Shown: positions 60,534-64,000 of the stretch, one piece after another
How the letters are laid out: each line of letters begins with the position of its first letter
How positions within the stretch are numbered: the first letter of the stretch is position 1
NCBI GenBank assembly: GCA_040326155.1
Contig: JBEQLE010000011.1
Location: 8,077-72,076 of the forward strand
DNA: 64,000 nucleotides
Direction: 5' to 3'
From: Leptospirales bacterium
Lineage (GTDB): Bacteria; Spirochaetota; Leptospiria; Turneriellales; JAOUFE01
The notes under the pieces: model-generated
Database searches by the model: none
What the model was told of the DNA's origin: nothing
The model's input: the letters and a program-made list of their open reading frames with translations, nothing else
Translations under genes and position numbers: made by a program

Positions 60534-60863
60534 TCATTTCATCATTTTGCCCATGGTAACCATAAGTTCATTGACAACTTCATCATCGCCATTGCGAATC
60601 TGGTCAATTACACACCCCTTAATATGCGCTTCCAAAAGAGTTTTCTTCACCCCGGCCATGGCCGACTCAACAGATAAAATCTGGTGCAAAACGCTGTCGC
60701 AATATACATTCTCATCGATCATTCGGGACAACCCCCGAACCTGTCCTTCAATCCTGCTTAAACGGTTTTTCATATCTATTTTCAACTTTTCAGGATGCTT
60801 TGCAGAATGGTTGTGGCCGGACACTTCGGCGTCATGATTGCTTGCTTTATTGTTTCCTGGCAT
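60534..60863 (-). CDS. csoR: Copper-sensing repressor with His-rich N-tail
   Basis: RLSRIEGQVRG, YC...H...C ligands; ATG 60863 with RBS GAGG. Confidence 0.92.
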   Translation of the reverse strand: MPGNNKASNHDAEVSGHNHSAKHPEKLKIDMKNRLSRIEGQVRGLSRMIDENVYCDSVLHQILSVESAMAGVKKTLLEAHIKGCVIDQIRNGDDEVVNELMVTMGKMMK

Positions 60864-60896
60864 TTTCGCTACCTCTTGTCGTTTGCATCTTATAGG

Positions 60897-60913
60897 ATAC
60901 CCCCCTGGGGTAT
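60897..60913. promoter_or_regulatory. CsoR operator
   Basis: ATACCCCCCTGGGGTAT C/G-tract pseudo-palindrome upstream of csoR. Confidence 0.85.
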
Positions 60914-61326
60914 ATTTATAATAGTAAATGTAGTAAGAAACGGCAACAAAAACAGCAAGAAAAACAGGCAGGCGAAGATCTGTGTATTTACGTAATGTTA
61001 AGGTAAGCACAATATTGGTTCGCAGTTCGGAATGCTACCGGACTACTTCTCTGGAATTTTTTTTGAAGTATGGTTGTAGATTGATCGGGGGGAAGAAGGT
61101 TGGGTGGTGGTCCAATGCTCAGAATACGGTACTTTATTAAAGTATTATAAGGCATTTTATCAGTAAAAATCTGGGAAGGCATTGAACATATTTAAAAAAA
61201 TTAGTTGCCATTACTGTTATTTATTTACTATGCTGCCTATAATGAAAGTAACGCTAGATATTCCGAACGAAAAGTTTGATATGCTTGAAGTCACGGCCAA
61301 GTGCAAAAGTATTAAAGAAAAAAGCA

Positions 61327-62319
61327 ATGAAAAGTACTAAAAGCTTCCGATGGTTATTAACCATTCTAATTTTATCCTTCACTTCGGAATATATTCATCC
61401 AGGAACAGAGCCTGGTGACATAGAAAATAAAAATGCAACCACAAAAATGCAAATCGACGAATATCCGAAAACGGTAGCTCCAAAAAATATAGTACCATTC
61501 GAATGGAACTTTTCACAAAATTCCCAATTTGAATATCAATTATATATGAATGTTATTATGAAAGAATATATAAATAGTAATCCGTATATTTACGACATCC
61601 GGATGTGTTCTGATATTATAGTACAAAGCATCGGCAATAACGTCGGTAAATATATTATGAATAACTTTAGAGGTAAAGCAAATTTAACTCTCATAGAACC
61701 TACAGAAGAAGAAGATGAACAACCAAATCATACAGTTGTAGAAATATTCCAAGAGAGTGAAGAAAAAATCCTCGATAATATATCAGAAAAAGGTGAAGTC
61801 CTGAAAAATGCAGATTCAGAAATAACAGATCGGCACGATTTTACATTTATATTTTTATTACCTCAGCAAAAGCTCGAACAAGGCAAGAAGTTAAATTCGG
61901 TTATTCAAATTTCTGATGATAAAAAATTTGATTTATCTATTGATGTTACCTGGACATTACATCAGTACGTACTCATTCACAATAAAATTCATGCTCAAAT
62001 ACTTTTGAATATTAACGGCGGAACATGTACAACAAACGTCCCACCTGAGAAATTAGATTGTGAACTATCGGGCCAAACCATTTTATACTTTGATGTAAAA
62101 TATCAAAAAATTTATTCACAAGAAACCGTATACAATATCCATATGAAAATGGAGCAAGTTATACCAGAAGGCGAAGAGTTAGTATACGATTCGGATGCAA
62201 AGGATCCATATCGTACCCAAGCAGAGAAAGAAGATGTTAATATGTCAATTTATTTCATGATTAAACCAGGTTCTAATTTTATTACACCGAGCGTTTGTAA
62301 AAAGGAAATAGAAAACTAA
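61327..62319 (+). CDS. Secreted hypothetical protein (AT-rich gene)
   Basis: Signal-like N-terminus; long ORF. Confidence 0.7.
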   Translation: MKSTKSFRWLLTILILSFTSEYIHPGTEPGDIENKNATTKMQIDEYPKTVAPKNIVPFEWNFSQNSQFEYQLYMNVIMKEYINSNPYIYDIRMCSDIIVQSIGNNVGKYIMNNFRGKANLTLIEPTEEEDEQPNHTVVEIFQESEEKILDNISEKGEVLKNADSEITDRHDFTFIFLLPQQKLEQGKKLNSVIQISDDKKFDLSIDVTWTLHQYVLIHNKIHAQILLNINGGTCTTNVPPEKLDCELSGQTILYFDVKYQKIYSQETVYNIHMKMEQVIPEGEELVYDSDAKDPYRTQAEKEDVNMSIYFMIKPGSNFITPSVCKKEIEN

Positions 62320-62340
62320 ATTTCATATTTGTTCATCTTC

Positions 62341-62512
62341 TCATAGGTTCCTTGGCTCCATTCCTGTTTTCCTTATCGAGTTTGTTTCTTTGTTTGGGGA
62401 GTGTAAGGAAGGCAGGAGGGTATAAGGAAGGTAGGAAGGGAGTTTGGGGGTGTGGAAGTTTTTTCCCATCTTTTCATGGGTTCCTTATCCCCATTCCTGT
62501 TTTCCTTATCGA
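62341..62512. repeat. Degenerate 39-bp direct repeat plus AGGAAGGYAGGA/TTCCTGTTTTCCT units
   Basis: CCATTCCTGTTTTCCTTATCGA at 62358 and 62491; related purine tract at 63478-63523. Confidence 0.65.
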
Positions 62513-63379
62513 AGTTATAATGCTGATAATTTTGTTTGCGTCTTTGCCGGGAAATATTCCGTCGAGGCCGTTTGTGTTTTGGTCTGTGAAGGGGGCTTCG
62601 TAGAGGGTGTCGGGGTCGACGATACCGTTTCGTACCAGGTGGTCGATTATAAGGTTGATGAATGATATTTGGTTGGGGGAGTATTGTTCTGTGGCAAGGT
62701 ATGCTGAAAATGCTTCTTTGGCTGCGTTTATTTCGAGGCCGACAATGGAGCGAATGAACTCGCCCAGTTTTTCTTCGCCGAGAACTGCATTCAACTCTTT
62801 TTCAGACGTAAATTCGCAATCTTCGATTAAGATTTTTTCAAGCTCCTGGAGGTCTGTTTTTGTGATGGGTTGGTTGAGCCTGAGCTTGTGGATGGTGATG
62901 TGGTCCTGGTGCTCTTTTACATATCTGGCGACTTTTCTACGATAGGTCTCCAGGTTCGCGTCGGCTTTTATAAAGTCTTCCACCTCGTAGCCTTCTTGAA
63001 ACTCATCTTCATAGTTGGTAAAAATAGGATCTTTTGTAGTCGAGTCGAGAAAATTTATAAGGTCTCTGAATTTTAGACGAATTTCTTCTAAAGCTGGCAG
63101 TGTTATGTTTACCCAGAAGTTGTCATACATGTGTTGGGGGTCGGTCCCTTTGAATTTGTTCCACCTGCAGTTTTGGTTGGTCTCGTCAAATATAGGGTCT
63201 TTAATCGGTTTTTTGAGGCGGTTGGCTTTGCTCTCTTTGGCCGTGTGCAATTCGTCGAGCCTTTTGATGAACAGTAAATAGGTAATCTGCTCAATGACGG
63301 TCAATGGGTTCGATACCCCTCCCGACCAGAAGGCCTCCCATATTTTATTTACTTTAGATTTTAGTTCGCCGTTTATCAT
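62474..63379 (-). pseudogene. In-frame fusion of type I R-M HsdM N-terminus and HsdR C-terminus (collapsed locus)
   Basis: aa ~1-86: IWEAFWSGGVSNPLTVIEQITYLLFIKRLD (HsdM-N); remainder: KLRLNQPIT..DL.ELE, FIRSIVGL, LYEAPFT (EcoEI-type HsdR-C). Confidence 0.82.
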
Positions 63380-63560
63380 GAGTTTTTCCCGGTAGGTATA
63401 TTCGATAGATTGATTTCAACTTCAAAGATCGTCGTTGATTTCCTACCGTCAATTCAATTCCGGGCGAGGAAGGGAGAGAGGAATGCAGGAAAAGAGTTGG
63501 GGTGGAAGTTTTCTTCATATTTTAAAAGGGGGTTAGCGACCCCCTCACTCCAACCCAAGC

Positions 63561-64000
63561 GGTACCGTACACTTAATTGTGTCTTATAGACCGTCCTTAA
63601 GTAAGTCGTCTAACTTATCTTGTACTGATAGAAATGAAGTTACCGGATACCTGTAAACATCTTTTTCAAATTCCATCAACATTGCACAAATTAAATTTAA
63701 TGCACTATCCGGGTTTGGAAATGAATTGCGTACTTTTTCAGTTTTTCGAATCACCTTATTTAGCCTTTCAACCCAGTTCGTGGTATAGATCATTCTGTGG
63801 ATTTTTGCAGGATAATCTAAATATGCAAAATAATAATCATAATGTTCTTTTATCAATTTGTCTCTTATAGAAGGATATATTTTAGACCACTTATCAACAA
63901 ACGTTTCTAAATTTTCTTCTGCTTTTTTCCTTGTATAGTTTTGATCTTCAAGAACGAAAACATTTTGAAAAAAATCTTTTGAAATTTCTGACTTATCTTT
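63561..64000 (-). mobile_element. IS256-family element: right end and transposase C-terminus (CDS stop at 63584; runs off window)
   Basis: IYTTNWVERLNKVIRK...FPNPDSAL motif; terminal IR-like GACACAATTAAGTGTACGGTACC (63583-63561). Confidence 0.88.

Noticed and set aside
60864..61010. N-terminal extension of CsoR (likewise the extensions at 19616-19741, 40238-40309 and 52153-52278)
   Set aside because: These extensions run through operators, palindromes or non-homologous intergenic DNA; downstream starts fit the family lengths.
942..63870. Numerous short antisense ORFs in the track (e.g. 942-1301, 11029-11541, 54507-55028, 62607-62945)
   Set aside because: They are opposite-strand shadows of well-supported genes.
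1..64000. CRISPR array, tRNA/rRNA, integron integrase, prophage
   Set aside because: No regularly spaced repeats, RNA gene signatures, tyrosine recombinase or phage structural genes were seen.

Overview
Bacterial chromosomal window with no rRNA, tRNA or CRISPR array detected. Spirochaete-like lipoproteins, a plant-type FNR and a membrane-anchored AraC suggest Spirochaetota/Leptospirae (inference only). Housekeeping genes include the ileS 3' end, cmoAB, hemB, FNR, thiL, proC, psd, mnmC, crcB, a NamZ-like enzyme, SSADH and csoR-copZ-copA. They alternate with accessory segments at about 4-27 kb and 55-64 kb. Main observations: (1) two small proteins sharing a DK[FY]L[GS][ST]TKS motif, the second translationally coupled to a membrane di-iron sterol-desaturase-family gene, near a secreted PQQ-type beta-propeller gene (candidate undescribed peptide/protein-modification system). 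(2) An integron-like cassette carrying an inverted adenylate cyclase, bounded by a 16/17 inverted match and a ~173-bp attC-like site, inserted into a lipoprotein gene; degenerate copies of the site lie next to decayed TA toxins. (3) Two distant paralogues of a putative tandem ribbon-helix-helix protein. (4) An in-frame HsdM-N/HsdR-C fusion next to an IS256 end. (5) Several palindrome families, an unannotated small Cys4 protein, and recognisable TetR, CsoR and sigma54 sites.
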